Assembly (NCBI GenBank): GCA_002753335.1
Contig: PEAD01000004.1
Span: 62,001-126,000 of the forward strand
DNA: 64,000 nucleotides
Reading direction: 5' to 3'
From: Nitrospirae bacterium MYbin3
GTDB taxonomy: Bacteria > Nitrospirota > Thermodesulfovibrionia > Thermodesulfovibrionales > Dissulfurispiraceae
Shown: positions 49,510 through 59,145 of the stretch, piece by piece
Position numbering within the stretch: the stretch's first letter is position 1
Layout of the letters: every line of letters begins with the position of its first letter
Made by a program: the position numbers and the translations under genes
The notes under the pieces: model-generated
Seen by the model: only the letters and a program-made list of their open reading frames with translations
Database searches by the model: none
Told to the model about the DNA's origin: nothing

Positions 49510-50564
49510 TCCAATTCAATCCTGAAATAAATCTTACGGAAATGAAGCGCCACATTAACCAGCCCTATCAATACAGGCACTTCGACAAGCGGGCCTATGA
49601 CCGCGGCAAAGGCCGCGCCTGAATTGATTCCGAATACAGCAACAGCAACGGCAATAGCGAGTTCAAAGTTATTGCTCGCGGCAGTAAATGACAGTGTGGC
49701 GGTTTTTGGATAGTCCGCTCCGATTTTTCTTCCAAGATAAAACGACACAAGAAACATAACTACAAAATAAATAAGAAGAGGAATAGCTATGCGGACTACA
49801 TCAAGCGGAAGCCTGACAATGTAATTGCCTTTAAGCGAGAACATGACAAGGATCGTGAAGAGCAGGAAGATGAGAGTAATCGGGCTTATCTTAGGGATAA
49901 AAACCTTCTCATACCACTCACGGCCTTTAACCTTGAGCAGGCTGAAGCGCGTCAGCATCCCGGCGATAAAGGGAATGCCGAGGTAGATGAAGACGCTCTC
50001 TGCTATCTGTCCCATCGTAATATCCACCGCAACACCTTTAAGGCCGAACCATGCGGGCAGGACGGTTATGAAGACATAGGAATAAACCGAGAAAAATAGC
50101 ACCTGAAAGATGGAGTTGAACGCTACAAGTCCTGCTGCGTATTCGGAATCGCCGCAGGCGAGTTCATTCCAGACAATGACCATAGCGATGCAGCGGGCAA
50201 GGCCGATCATGATAAGGCCCACCATGTATTCGGGATAATCACGGAGGAAGAAGACGGCAAGAAAGAACATCAAAACCGGGCCAATGATCCAGTTCTGGAT
50301 TAGCGATAATCCCAGCACTTTTTTGTTTTTGAAGACCTCGCTAAGCTCCTCGTACTTGACCTTGGCAAGAGGCGGATACATCATCAGAATAAGACCGATG
50401 GCAATAGGAATATTGGTTGTTCCGATTTGGAATTGATTGATGAACGCCTCGGTGCCGGGAATGAAATAGCCGGTTCCCACGCCGGCCGCCATCGCCGCAA
50501 ATATCCATAGCGTCAAATAGCGGTCGAGAAATGAGAGTTTTTTTGAAGTTTGATTCATGGTCAA
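49506..50564 (-). CDS. acr3: Arsenite efflux transporter, ACR3 family
   Basis: [52 protein letters not shown]. Confidence 0.95.
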   Translation of the reverse strand: MTMNQTSKKLSFLDRYLTLWIFAAMAAGVGTGYFIPGTEAFINQFQIGTTNIPIAIGLILMMYPPLAKVKYEELSEVFKNKKVLGLSLIQNWIIGPVLMFFLAVFFLRDYPEYMVGLIMIGLARCIAMVIVWNELACGDSEYAAGLVAFNSIFQVLFFSVYSYVFITVLPAWFGLKGVAVDITMGQIAESVFIYLGIPFIAGMLTRFSLLKVKGREWYEKVFIPKISPITLIFLLFTILVMFSLKGNYIVRLPLDVVRIAIPLLIYFVVMFLVSFYLGRKIGADYPKTATLSFTAASNNFELAIAVAVAVFGINSGAAFAAVIGPLVEVPVLIGLVNVALHFRKIYFRIELE

Positions 50565-50688
50565 TTTCTCCTAAATATAGCTTTTAGACGGCAATTCTCA
50601 TTACGTACGCTTGTGTTGCTGCATCTTATTTCAATGCATCACCGTATAAAATCGTATCACAAAAAGCACAAAATGCTAAAATGTTTTT

Positions 50689-51354
50689 ATGGAAAAACTG
50701 ATCTTGCGTCCGCAACCAAACAGAGAAAGCTTTTACAGATGGGCGAACGGTCTTGCGCTGATCACGATTTTCTATAACATGATTGAAGGAATTATTTCAG
50801 TATGGTTTGGATATGAAGACGGCACGGTCGCGCTCTTCGGCTTTGGTGTTGACTCGTTCGTTGAGGTCATATCAGGGGTCGGCATCTGGCACATGATACG
50901 CAGGATGAGAAAAAATGGCAGAGAAGATCATGATGCGTTTGAAAAGACCGCGCTTAAGGTTACAGGCACAGCATTTTATATCCTGACCGCAGGATTAACC
51001 GCCACAGCCGCGCTCAATCTCTACAAAGGCTCAAAACCGGAAACTACTTTCTGGGGCATTGTTGTGGCAGGCGTTTCGATACTCTCCATGTGGCTGCTGA
51101 TTCATTACAAACTGAAGATCGGCAGACAGTTTAATTCTCAGGCCTTGATCGCGGATGCGAATTGCACAAGGGCCTGCATGTACCTTTCGGTGGTGCTCCT
51201 CGCCGCAAGCATAGGCTACGAACTTACCGGCTTGGGCATGCTCGACTCAATCGGCGCAATCGGCATAGCAGCTTTATCTTTCAAAGAAGGGCGCGAGGCG
51301 TTCGATAAGGCTAAGGGCAAGGAATGTTGCTGTGCGGGGAACTGCGGAAATTAG
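50689..51354 (+). CDS. Cation diffusion facilitator-like transporter (membrane domain only)
   Basis: YNMIEG, ALFGFGVDSFVE, ALIADA, LDS...KEGREA; C-terminal ECCCAGNC. Confidence 0.8.
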   Translation: MEKLILRPQPNRESFYRWANGLALITIFYNMIEGIISVWFGYEDGTVALFGFGVDSFVEVISGVGIWHMIRRMRKNGREDHDAFEKTALKVTGTAFYILTAGLTATAALNLYKGSKPETTFWGIVVAGVSILSMWLLIHYKLKIGRQFNSQALIADANCTRACMYLSVVLLAASIGYELTGLGMLDSIGAIGIAALSFKEGREAFDKAKGKECCCAGNCGN

Positions 51355-51389
51355 TCAACGACCCTCACCTTGGCAATAAAAGACTGCTT

Positions 51390-52250
51390 TCATCTGCCTG
51401 TTTTTACCGATGCAGTTTCCTCAACAAACTCCGAAATCGAAGCGCTTGCTTTGCTTCCGGATTTCGCTTTAAGTTTAACTCCTCTTGATTTTGTGCTTAT
51501 ATCCTTGGCGCTTGTCTTTACCTGATAAACACTGCCCTCGTCCTGCAAATCTATTTCTCCCAGCGACGCGGTGCTTGCATACACAATCACATTTTCTTCA
51601 CCGAAGGGCGGGCTTACCTCGAGTTCAAATCTATCGTTGCCGGAAGGTATTTCATAAACCACGCCGCCGTTGAAATAGTTGTCTGTCCTATAAGGATTGG
51701 GCAGCAACTGCACCATGCTTCCCTTAACATCTTTATACAGCACACGGGCATAGAACGGTTTGTTGCCCTTTATATAAACTTTTATTTTCTCGTTTTTTGT
51801 ATATTCTTTCTTGTCGGTCCAGAGCTTTACTGTCAAAGGCGCGGAAGGATCATCTGTCGCCTGCTCTGCTTTTGATATTTTTGCTATCGCTTTTTCGTCA
51901 GGCAAAACCTCTGCCTTGATCTTTACTTTGTAGCAGTCACCTGTTGAGGCCTCCTTGTACCAGCCTTTTTCTATCTCCTGAATTACTTTGACCGTGGCGT
52001 TAGCGTAAGCCGATACAAGGTCTTTCTCAAGCTCCATGTCTTTGATATGGGTCTCGCTCTTAATGTAGGTAACGGCAAATTCTGTAGCCTTTCGTTTTGC
52101 ATCTGCCATAGCCAACTGCTCGGTCTGCTTTCTGGATTTGTCATCGCCCATACATGCATATCCTTCAGATTCGGTTATGGTGGATTGTGCAGCGTATAGA
52201 TTGGTGGAGGACAAAAGAAAAATAAAAAAACATACAAGAAGATAGGCCAT
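51390..52250 (-). CDS. Exported protein with C-terminal DUF4384-like domain
   Basis: Signal peptide; LWTDKKEY..E.I, QLLPNPY, V.PPFG.E motifs. Confidence 0.65.
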   Translation of the reverse strand: MAYLLVCFFIFLLSSTNLYAAQSTITESEGYACMGDDKSRKQTEQLAMADAKRKATEFAVTYIKSETHIKDMELEKDLVSAYANATVKVIQEIEKGWYKEASTGDCYKVKIKAEVLPDEKAIAKISKAEQATDDPSAPLTVKLWTDKKEYTKNEKIKVYIKGNKPFYARVLYKDVKGSMVQLLPNPYRTDNYFNGGVVYEIPSGNDRFELEVSPPFGEENVIVYASTASLGEIDLQDEGSVYQVKTSAKDISTKSRGVKLKAKSGSKASASISEFVEETASVKTGR

Positions 52251-52424
52251 AAGACCTCCTTTTTATGAAAATTATGCACAAACACACGCTACTATGCAAG
52301 GTAATTTTCACATTATCTGTTTGCCTTTTTCTATGCTGTTGTTATGTTTGACAAACTATTTTCTGAAATTTTAAAATTTAGGTTCAAATTTTTCCCATTT
52401 TATTGGCAAAAGAGGTTTACGACT

Positions 52425-53534
52425 ATGTGCAGACTTGCTGCGATAACATCCGGAAGTTATTTTTCGCCTATGGAGCCGGTTCTGGCGCTCGAAACAATGA
52501 AAGAAGGGCATGACGGATCAGGCCTCGGCCTTACCATGAAAGACCTTGGCGGCAGCTTCGAGTCCCTGAAAAAATACCCTATTCTTTCGGGTATAAGCTC
52601 AAAAGCAGGAGCAAAGGTTCTTGATGCCTACATGAAGCAGGCAGGCTTTAAGCTGAAACATCTCTGGACCCCGAAAATAAAAGCGGTAAAAGGCATTGAA
52701 GCAAGAGAGCATTATTTTGCTCGGGCTTACGAATATCCTCCCGCTTACAAAAACAGCAGCATGGCCGAAAAAGAAACTCTTCTTATGAACACACGCTTGG
52801 CAATTAGAAAAATTGGAGAGCCGGACCAGTCGATATTTGTGTTCTCTTTCTATCCGGATGTGCTCACATTAAAAGAGGTTGGGGACCCGCTCGAAGTGGC
52901 AGAATTTTTCGGCCTCGACAAAGACAATATCAAAGCAAAGATTATTTTAGCGCAGGGAAGGCAGAACACAAACTACGCCATCTACCTGTACGCCTGCCAT
53001 CCTTTTTTCATTCAAGGTTACTGTACGATGACAAACGGCGAAAATACAGCCTTCGTGCCTATACGCGAGTTCCTCTCTGGCCGGGGCTTTCCCGGATACA
53101 TGGGATACAACAGCGATAGCGAGGTCTTTACTCATATACTTCACTACACAGCAAGGCAGCTGAATTTCCCGCTCAAATATTATAAGGATGTAATAACCCC
53201 GATGAAGGATGCCGAAATCGCAAAACGCAGCGATGCCGAGGCTGTAAGGCTTATAAAGAAAACCATGCGGCCGCTCTGTATTGACGGCCCCAACATGGTG
53301 ATAGGCTTTACCCCTGACGGAACCTGCTTTATGGTTCAGGACTCGAAAAAACTCAGGCCCGGCGTAGTGGGCGGAGTAAAAGGCAAATATGCGCTGATGT
53401 CCGAAGAATGCGGGGTTGACAGCGCAGTGCCTAAGCGGGACAGGGCAACAGATATATTCCCGATGAAATACGACATGGTTATAATTTCCCCGCAGGCAAA
53501 GGAGGTCAAGGTATGGAATCAGCTGCACGGTTAG
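52425..53534 (+). CDS. Glutamate synthase glutamine-amidotransferase subunit (class II GATase, GltB domain 1)
   Basis: Start re-called at MCRL (N-terminal nucleophile Cys), GRQNTN, HPF, NGEN, SDSEV, KLRP. Confidence 0.88.
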   Translation: MCRLAAITSGSYFSPMEPVLALETMKEGHDGSGLGLTMKDLGGSFESLKKYPILSGISSKAGAKVLDAYMKQAGFKLKHLWTPKIKAVKGIEAREHYFARAYEYPPAYKNSSMAEKETLLMNTRLAIRKIGEPDQSIFVFSFYPDVLTLKEVGDPLEVAEFFGLDKDNIKAKIILAQGRQNTNYAIYLYACHPFFIQGYCTMTNGENTAFVPIREFLSGRGFPGYMGYNSDSEVFTHILHYTARQLNFPLKYYKDVITPMKDAEIAKRSDAEAVRLIKKTMRPLCIDGPNMVIGFTPDGTCFMVQDSKKLRPGVVGGVKGKYALMSEECGVDSAVPKRDRATDIFPMKYDMVIISPQAKEVKVWNQLHG

Positions 53535-55174
53535 ACAGCAACCATAAGCTCACCCTAAAAGAGCTTCCATATATAATCCGCTGGCGCGACGACAGGTGCA
53601 AACGCTGCGGCAGATGTACTGCGGTGTGTCCTGTAAAAGCGATCGCCCCGGCAGTAAGAGTGCAGCGCTCTGTGCGCTCAGAAGGCGCAGTTCCCACACC
53701 GACAGCAAAAAGGACGATAGTGCATGTAGTGGAACAGGTTGCGGATATAGAAAAATACTGCACCGGCTGCGGAACCTGCAGCCTTGTCTGCCCAAACGAA
53801 GCCATAGAACCGGAATACAATCCTAATAATAAATTCCTTCATTTTAAAAACAAAGGCGGCGACGCCTACAAAAGAGGCGGCAGAAGAAACGACCCGCTGG
53901 TCTCAACGCTGGACAAACTCAAGTTTACAAGAATATCTATGCTTACAGACCCTGCTCTTGATGCTGGCAGGCATGAGTTCAGAGTAAGGACACTTCTCGG
54001 CAGGGTTCTACCTCCGGAAGAAATGCCGCTGACCCTCGTTAACGGAGAGCTTGTTGTGGATAAAAACAGCGGGAAGTTCATTCCTCCTGTGCGCGAGATT
54101 TATCCGATAATGATAGGCAGCATGTCGGTCGGCGCGCTTTCGCCTCCGATGTGGGAAGGGCTCGCAATGGGCATCTCATATCTGAACGAGGTTGAGGGCA
54201 TGCCTGTTGTGATGTGCTCGGGCGAAGGCGGAATGCCGCCGAGACTTCTTAGATCAAAGTATCTTAAATATTTCATCATACAGATCGCGTCGGGCTATTT
54301 CGGCTGGGACGAAATAATCCATTCGCTTCCGCACATGGTCGAAGACCCGGCAGCCATAGAGATAAAATACGGACAGGGTGCAAAGCCGGGAGACGGCGGA
54401 CTGCTTATGGCGCAAAAAGTGCTTAAGCTCATATCCGGAATCCGCGGTGTGCCGCAGTTTGTGGATTTGGCATCGCCACCTACGCACCAGACCAAATACT
54501 CGATCGAAGAAGCGGTTGCCAAGATGATACAGTCCATGTCTATGGCATGGGGCTTCAGGGTTCCGGTCTATCCGAAAATTTCGGGCACAAAAACAGCAAA
54601 GGCTGTTCTGAACAACCTTGCCAGAAACCCTTATGCAGCGGCGCTTTCGATTGACGGAGAAGACGGCGGAACAGGCGCGGCCTATAATGTTTCTATGGAC
54701 AAGATGGGACATCCGATAGCATCAAACCTGCGCGAATGCTACCTTGACCTAGTAAAGCAGGGCAAGCAGAACGAACTTCCTCTAATCGCGGCAGGCGGTG
54801 TGGGCAAAAAAGGGAATCTCGCTGCTAATGCGGCGGCGCTCATAATGCTCGGCGCATCTGCGGTATCGATCGGGAAATACATAATGCAGGCGGCGGCTGA
54901 TTGCTTAGGCGACGAGCACAACCGCTGCAACCTCTGCAATACAGGCAAATGTCCGCGCGGCATAACCACTCAGGATTCGAAACTTTACAGAAGGCTTGAC
55001 AGCGACAAAGTGGCCGAGCGGGTAGTAGAAGTGTTCAAGTCCGCAGACGTTGAGCTTAAAAAAATATTCGCTCCTATGGGTAGAAGCACCGAACTGCCTA
55101 TAGGCATGTCAGACGGCCTGAGTATTGACGACAAGGCCATAGCGGAAAGGTTGGGTATAAGCTATGCCTGCTAA
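53513..55174 (+). CDS. Glutamate synthase FMN-binding subunit with 2x4Fe-4S domain (GltB domain 2)
   Basis: Two CxxCxxC motifs, MSVGALS, SGEGG, QIASGYFG, EIKYGQGAKPGDGG, CNTGKCPRGITTQ. Confidence 0.9.
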   Translation: MESAARLDSNHKLTLKELPYIIRWRDDRCKRCGRCTAVCPVKAIAPAVRVQRSVRSEGAVPTPTAKRTIVHVVEQVADIEKYCTGCGTCSLVCPNEAIEPEYNPNNKFLHFKNKGGDAYKRGGRRNDPLVSTLDKLKFTRISMLTDPALDAGRHEFRVRTLLGRVLPPEEMPLTLVNGELVVDKNSGKFIPPVREIYPIMIGSMSVGALSPPMWEGLAMGISYLNEVEGMPVVMCSGEGGMPPRLLRSKYLKYFIIQIASGYFGWDEIIHSLPHMVEDPAAIEIKYGQGAKPGDGGLLMAQKVLKLISGIRGVPQFVDLASPPTHQTKYSIEEAVAKMIQSMSMAWGFRVPVYPKISGTKTAKAVLNNLARNPYAAALSIDGEDGGTGAAYNVSMDKMGHPIASNLRECYLDLVKQGKQNELPLIAAGGVGKKGNLAANAAALIMLGASAVSIGKYIMQAAADCLGDEHNRCNLCNTGKCPRGITTQDSKLYRRLDSDKVAERVVEVFKSADVELKKIFAPMGRSTELPIGMSDGLSIDDKAIAERLGISYAC

Positions 55175-57572
55175 GAAAAAACAAGTCAGAAGTCAAAAAG
55201 CGGCAGTGAAAACTAAAAAGAAAGAAGAACAGATTATAGAGATAACTGGAACAAAGGCTGTTATTCGCGGAAATGTCAACGGCAGCAGAGTGCCGTCTCG
55301 CATACTTGAAGAGCATATTCAACTGGCTGTGCAGGAAGGCGCAAGAGAGCTTCACATTCAGGCTGCCGGACAGCACGGGATAGGCGGAAGAATATGGCCT
55401 AAAGATGAAACCGTAAAATTTTATGTTGAAGGCCCTGCAGGGCAGAGGCTCGGAAGCATGGGCATGCCCGGAACCGAGATTATACTGAAGAACAGCGCTT
55501 CGGACGATGTGGGCTGGATAAACTGCGGGGCAAAGATAACAGTTTTGGGAGATGTCACAAACGGCGCCTTCAACGCGGCAGCTCAGGGAACCCTTTATGT
55601 TCAGGGCGGCGGCGGCGCAAGATGCGAAACAATGACAAAAAGAAACCCTCGCTTTGAACCGCCTCAGTCATGGTATTTCAGAAACGTGGGCGATTCTTTC
55701 GCTGAGTTCAAAGCTGGTGGCATCGCGGTTGTATGCGGTGTTGATTCTAGAAACCCCGAAAATATCCTCGGTTATCGTCCTTGCGTCGGAATGGTCGGCG
55801 GCACAATATATTTCAGGGGACCGATTCAGGGCTACAGCGAGCGCGACGTAAAACTGCTCGAACTCACTCCTCAGGATTGGGAATGGCTCACAACTAATAT
55901 GAAGCCGTACCTCGAAGCAATAGACAGAATGTCCTATTACAAAGAGCTTACACGCTCCATGGACGACTGGAAGAAGCTCATAGCATACACGCCGCAGGAA
56001 AAAGCAAAGAAAAAACCTTTAAAGATAAGCGCGACAGAGTTCAGGAAGAACCACTGGGAAAAGGCTGTAGGCCAAGGCGGTATATTTGCAGAATACCTTG
56101 ACCATGACCTGACTGTGCTTCCATATATCACGACCGGCAAATTCAGAAGAAACAAGCCGGTATGGGCGAATGAAAAATATGCACCCCCCTGCGCTTACGC
56201 CTGTCCGACATATATACCGTCGCACAAACGAGCAACGCTTATCAGGGAAGGCAAGCTGAATGAGGCGCTCGAACTTGTGCTTCAGTACAGCCCGCTTCCT
56301 GCAACGGTTTGCGGAGAGATATGCCCCAACCTCTGCATGAATAGCTGCACGAGAGGTCAGCTCGACAGGCCCCTTGCGATAGACAAATTAGGAAAGCTCT
56401 CGTTAGATATGCCCGCCCCTAAAAAAGCAGCAGCAACAAACCATAAAATCGCCGTAATCGGAGGCGGCCCCGGCGGCATGAGCGCTGCGTGGCAGTTGGC
56501 GATAAAAGGACACACCGTAAATCTTTACGAGGCATCAGCCAAACTCGGAGGCAAGCTCGAACTCTGCATCCCGCATGAGAGGTTGCCTAGAGAAATTATA
56601 GACAAAGAAACCGAAAGGTTCCGGCAGCTAGGAATTAATCTTCATCTGAACACAAAGGTCACAAAAGAGCTGTTCGATAAAATATACAAAGACCATGAAG
56701 TGGTTGTTCTTGCCTGCGGCGCGCACCAGCCAAGAAAGGTTTCGTTCCCCGGCTCGGACGAGATAGCTTCAGCTTACGAGTTCCTCAGAGACATAAACCT
56801 CGGCAAACACCCGGATTTAAAGGGCAAGAAGGTTGTAATTATCGGGGCAGGTAATGTGGGCATGGATGTCGCATCAGAAGCGTACAACTACGGCGCCGAA
56901 TCTGTGACTGCGGTGGATATTCAGAAACCGGCCGCCTTCGGCAAAGAGATGGATATAGCAAAGGCAAAGGGCACACAGATAGCTTGGCCTAAATTCACAG
57001 ACAGGTTCGACAAAAAAGAAAGAAAGATCATCTTTAAAGATGGATCATTCCTCGATGCGGATGTGGTGATAATGTCGATAGGCGATGTGCCGCAGCTCGA
57101 TTTTCTTCCGGCAAGTGTGCATAGCGAGCGCGGCTGGCTGACTGTAAATGACGAATTCCAGACCTCCGACGTAAAGGTTTATGCGATAGGCGATGTCACT
57201 GGACTCGGACTTGTAACGCATGCTATCGGACATGGGCGATTGATGGCCGAAAACATACATTATCAGTTGATGCACGCGCCGAGACAGCCCGAAGCAAAAC
57301 AGGTTGTGCCCTACGAAAAAATAAAGACCGAATACTACGAGGCCTGCAAAACAGCCTTTACTCCACAGGAAGAAGGCAACAGATGCATGTCCTGCGCAAC
57401 TTGCCGCGATTGCCATATGTGCGAAGTCAGTTGCTATTGGGGGGCAATAACCCGCAATGATCTCGGCAACGGCAGGTACGAGTATGTTACTGACGATGAG
57501 AAATGCATCGGCTGCGGCTTCTGCGCCGGAATCTGTCCTTGCGGTGTTTGGGAGATGACAGAGAATATTTAA
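55164..57572 (+). CDS. Glutamate synthase GltB domain 3 (GXGXG) + GltD-like FAD/NAD(P)H oxidoreductase + ferredoxin fusion
   Basis: GQHGIGG, GQRLG, AEFKAGG, PPC..ACP, IGGGPGG, IGAGNVG, C-terminal CIGCGFCAGICP. Confidence 0.88.
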   Translation: MPAKKKQVRSQKAAVKTKKKEEQIIEITGTKAVIRGNVNGSRVPSRILEEHIQLAVQEGARELHIQAAGQHGIGGRIWPKDETVKFYVEGPAGQRLGSMGMPGTEIILKNSASDDVGWINCGAKITVLGDVTNGAFNAAAQGTLYVQGGGGARCETMTKRNPRFEPPQSWYFRNVGDSFAEFKAGGIAVVCGVDSRNPENILGYRPCVGMVGGTIYFRGPIQGYSERDVKLLELTPQDWEWLTTNMKPYLEAIDRMSYYKELTRSMDDWKKLIAYTPQEKAKKKPLKISATEFRKNHWEKAVGQGGIFAEYLDHDLTVLPYITTGKFRRNKPVWANEKYAPPCAYACPTYIPSHKRATLIREGKLNEALELVLQYSPLPATVCGEICPNLCMNSCTRGQLDRPLAIDKLGKLSLDMPAPKKAAATNHKIAVIGGGPGGMSAAWQLAIKGHTVNLYEASAKLGGKLELCIPHERLPREIIDKETERFRQLGINLHLNTKVTKELFDKIYKDHEVVVLACGAHQPRKVSFPGSDEIASAYEFLRDINLGKHPDLKGKKVVIIGAGNVGMDVASEAYNYGAESVTAVDIQKPAAFGKEMDIAKAKGTQIAWPKFTDRFDKKERKIIFKDGSFLDADVVIMSIGDVPQLDFLPASVHSERGWLTVNDEFQTSDVKVYAIGDVTGLGLVTHAIGHGRLMAENIHYQLMHAPRQPEAKQVVPYEKIKTEYYEACKTAFTPQEEGNRCMSCATCRDCHMCEVSCYWGAITRNDLGNGRYEYVTDDEKCIGCGFCAGICPCGVWEMTENI

Positions 57573-57593
57573 TTTTAAAGCGATTTGATTTTA

Positions 57594-57626
57594 AATGGGC
57601 GGTGAATTGGATATTCACCGCCCATT
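57594..57626. terminator. Probable bidirectional intrinsic terminator
   Basis: AATGGGCGGTGAAT-TGGAT-ATTCACCGCCCATT, perfect 14-bp stem between the glt operon and the displaced tRNA 3' end. Confidence 0.8.
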
Positions 57627-57633
57627 GTTTATT

Positions 57634-57667
57634 ATGGTGCCGGTGGGGAGGGTCGAACTCCCACGAG
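57634..57667 (-). repeat. att site: 34-bp duplicate of the tRNA-Leu 3' end
   Basis: ATGGTGCCGGTGGGGAGGGTCGAACTCCCACGAG identical to 58800-58833. Confidence 0.92.
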
Positions 57668-57908
57668 AGAGGTGTCCGGGTTTGTTTGGATACTTTGAAA
57701 CGATTTTTAAGTGGTAAACTGCTCTGCCTCATGCCGCTACCTCTATCTTCGGTAGTGTAGTCCAGTAAATCTCATTCGGCGTTCTGCCGTCAAGTCCTTG
57801 ATGCCGTCGCCGACTGTTGTAAAACTCAAAATAAGTTGCAAGCCCAATTCTGGCCTCTGATATAGAAACATAAGCCTTTAGATAAATATCTTCGTACTTC
57901 ACACTACG
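57668..57908 (-). mobile_element. IS3-family remnant (transposase C-terminus and right end)
   Basis: RSVKYEDIYLKAY...YFEFYNSRRRHQGLDGRTP followed by CACTTAAAA...TCCAAACAAACCCGGACACCTCT, resembling IS3 right ends. Confidence 0.75.
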
Positions 57909-58750
57909 CGAAGTAACAGAAAGTCTCTCGACCGCGCTGAACTTAGTGTTGATCATTTAAAACTATGCTTTGCGGGATGGCGACAAATGAAATAACAACA
58001 AATAATATTAACAAATACATCGACAACAGGCAGAAAAATGGGGCAAATGCCACAATAAACCGTGAACTTGCTGCACTCAAAAGGATGTTTTCTATAGGTT
58101 TTAACCAGACACCACACAAAATAATACGAATTCCTTCTTTAACTGAACACAATGTTCGCACAGGCTATTTTGAGCATCATGAATATCTTAAAATGTGTGA
58201 TGTTTTGCCTAGCCATATTAAACCGGTATTTATTATGGGTTATCGCACAGGTATGAGGATTTCAGAAATTCTTTCTCTTAATTGGGAAACAGTAAATATA
58301 TTTGATCGGAGGATAACGTTGGTGAATACAAAAAATAATGAGCCACGGATTATACCTCTTGTTGGGGAATTGTTTGATACGATTCTGAAGCAGAAGGTTC
58401 TCTGTGATAGTAGTTATTCAAAATTTCCATATGTTTTTTCCAGAAATCGAAAGCAGATTAAAGATTTCCGAGGGGTTTGGAACGCTGCATTTGAGAAAGC
58501 CGCGATAGAGCGCAAATTGTTTCATGACTTGAGGAGGACTGCTGTTAGAAATATGGTAAGGGCTGGGGTTGCTGAGAAGGTGTCAATGCAAATCTCAGGA
58601 CACAAAACCCGTGATGTTTTTGAGCGATACCATATTGTAAACGAAGATGATTTGAAGCTTGCTTTTCAAAAAGTTGACAGCATGCATGCTGAAACTGAAA
58701 AAGCTGTTGAGAAAGAAAACAGCGGGCACAAAACAGGCACAATCGGATAA
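57909..58750 (+). pseudogene. Tyrosine integrase, 5'-truncated and frameshifted
   Basis: ATINRELAALKRMF, RTGMRISE, TKN, FHDLRR, SGHKT, Y; the upstream segment RKSLDRAELSVDHLKLCFAG lies in another frame and is cut by the IS fragment. Confidence 0.8.
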
Positions 58751-58800
58751 AGGAGGAAATTTATGAAAAAAACAAAACAAGCCAAGTCTCTGTTTTTCAA

Positions 58801-58887
58801 TGGTGCCGGTGGGGAGGGTCGAACTCCCACGAGGTTGCCCTCACCGGATTTTGAGTCCGGCGCGTCTGCCAGTTCCACCACACCGGC
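58801..58887 (-). tRNA. tRNA-Leu(CAA)
   Basis: GCCGGTG acceptor, D-loop TGGCAGAC, anticodon arm CCGGA-CTCAAAA-TCCGG, long variable arm, GTTCGA T-loop, encoded CCA. Confidence 0.97.
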
Positions 58888-59037
58888 TGTGGAAATTATC
58901 TTAGAGCATCAACGAGTTGCAGAATATTGTAGCCTATCACAAAGTATTCGTTAGTGTCAAAACTAGCGGTATGCTTTAATCTCTGACAATGCTTATTAAT
59001 CAAAAACGTACTTGACAAGAATCAAAAACTTACTTGC

Positions 59038-59066
59038 TTGACAAGAAAATAATTTTGTTTTATCGT
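59038..59066 (+). promoter_or_regulatory. Putative sigma70 promoter upstream of the YeiH-family gene
   Basis: TTGACA-N17-TATCGT, embedded in direct repeats. Confidence 0.45.
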
Positions 59067-59145
59067 TTTAGTCAAAGGGGGTTAGCTGTAACGTTTAATA
59101 ATTTTTACACATCCATTAAAGCTGGAAAAAAATACTATTGCGGAG

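Noticed and set aside
57634..57667. Second tRNA gene
   Set aside because: Only the 3' 33 nt of the tRNA are present, with no anticodon or D arm; it is an att duplicate
58998..59046. CRISPR or iteron array
   Set aside because: Only two short imperfect copies with no spacers; no cas or rep genes; no CRISPR array seen anywhere in the window
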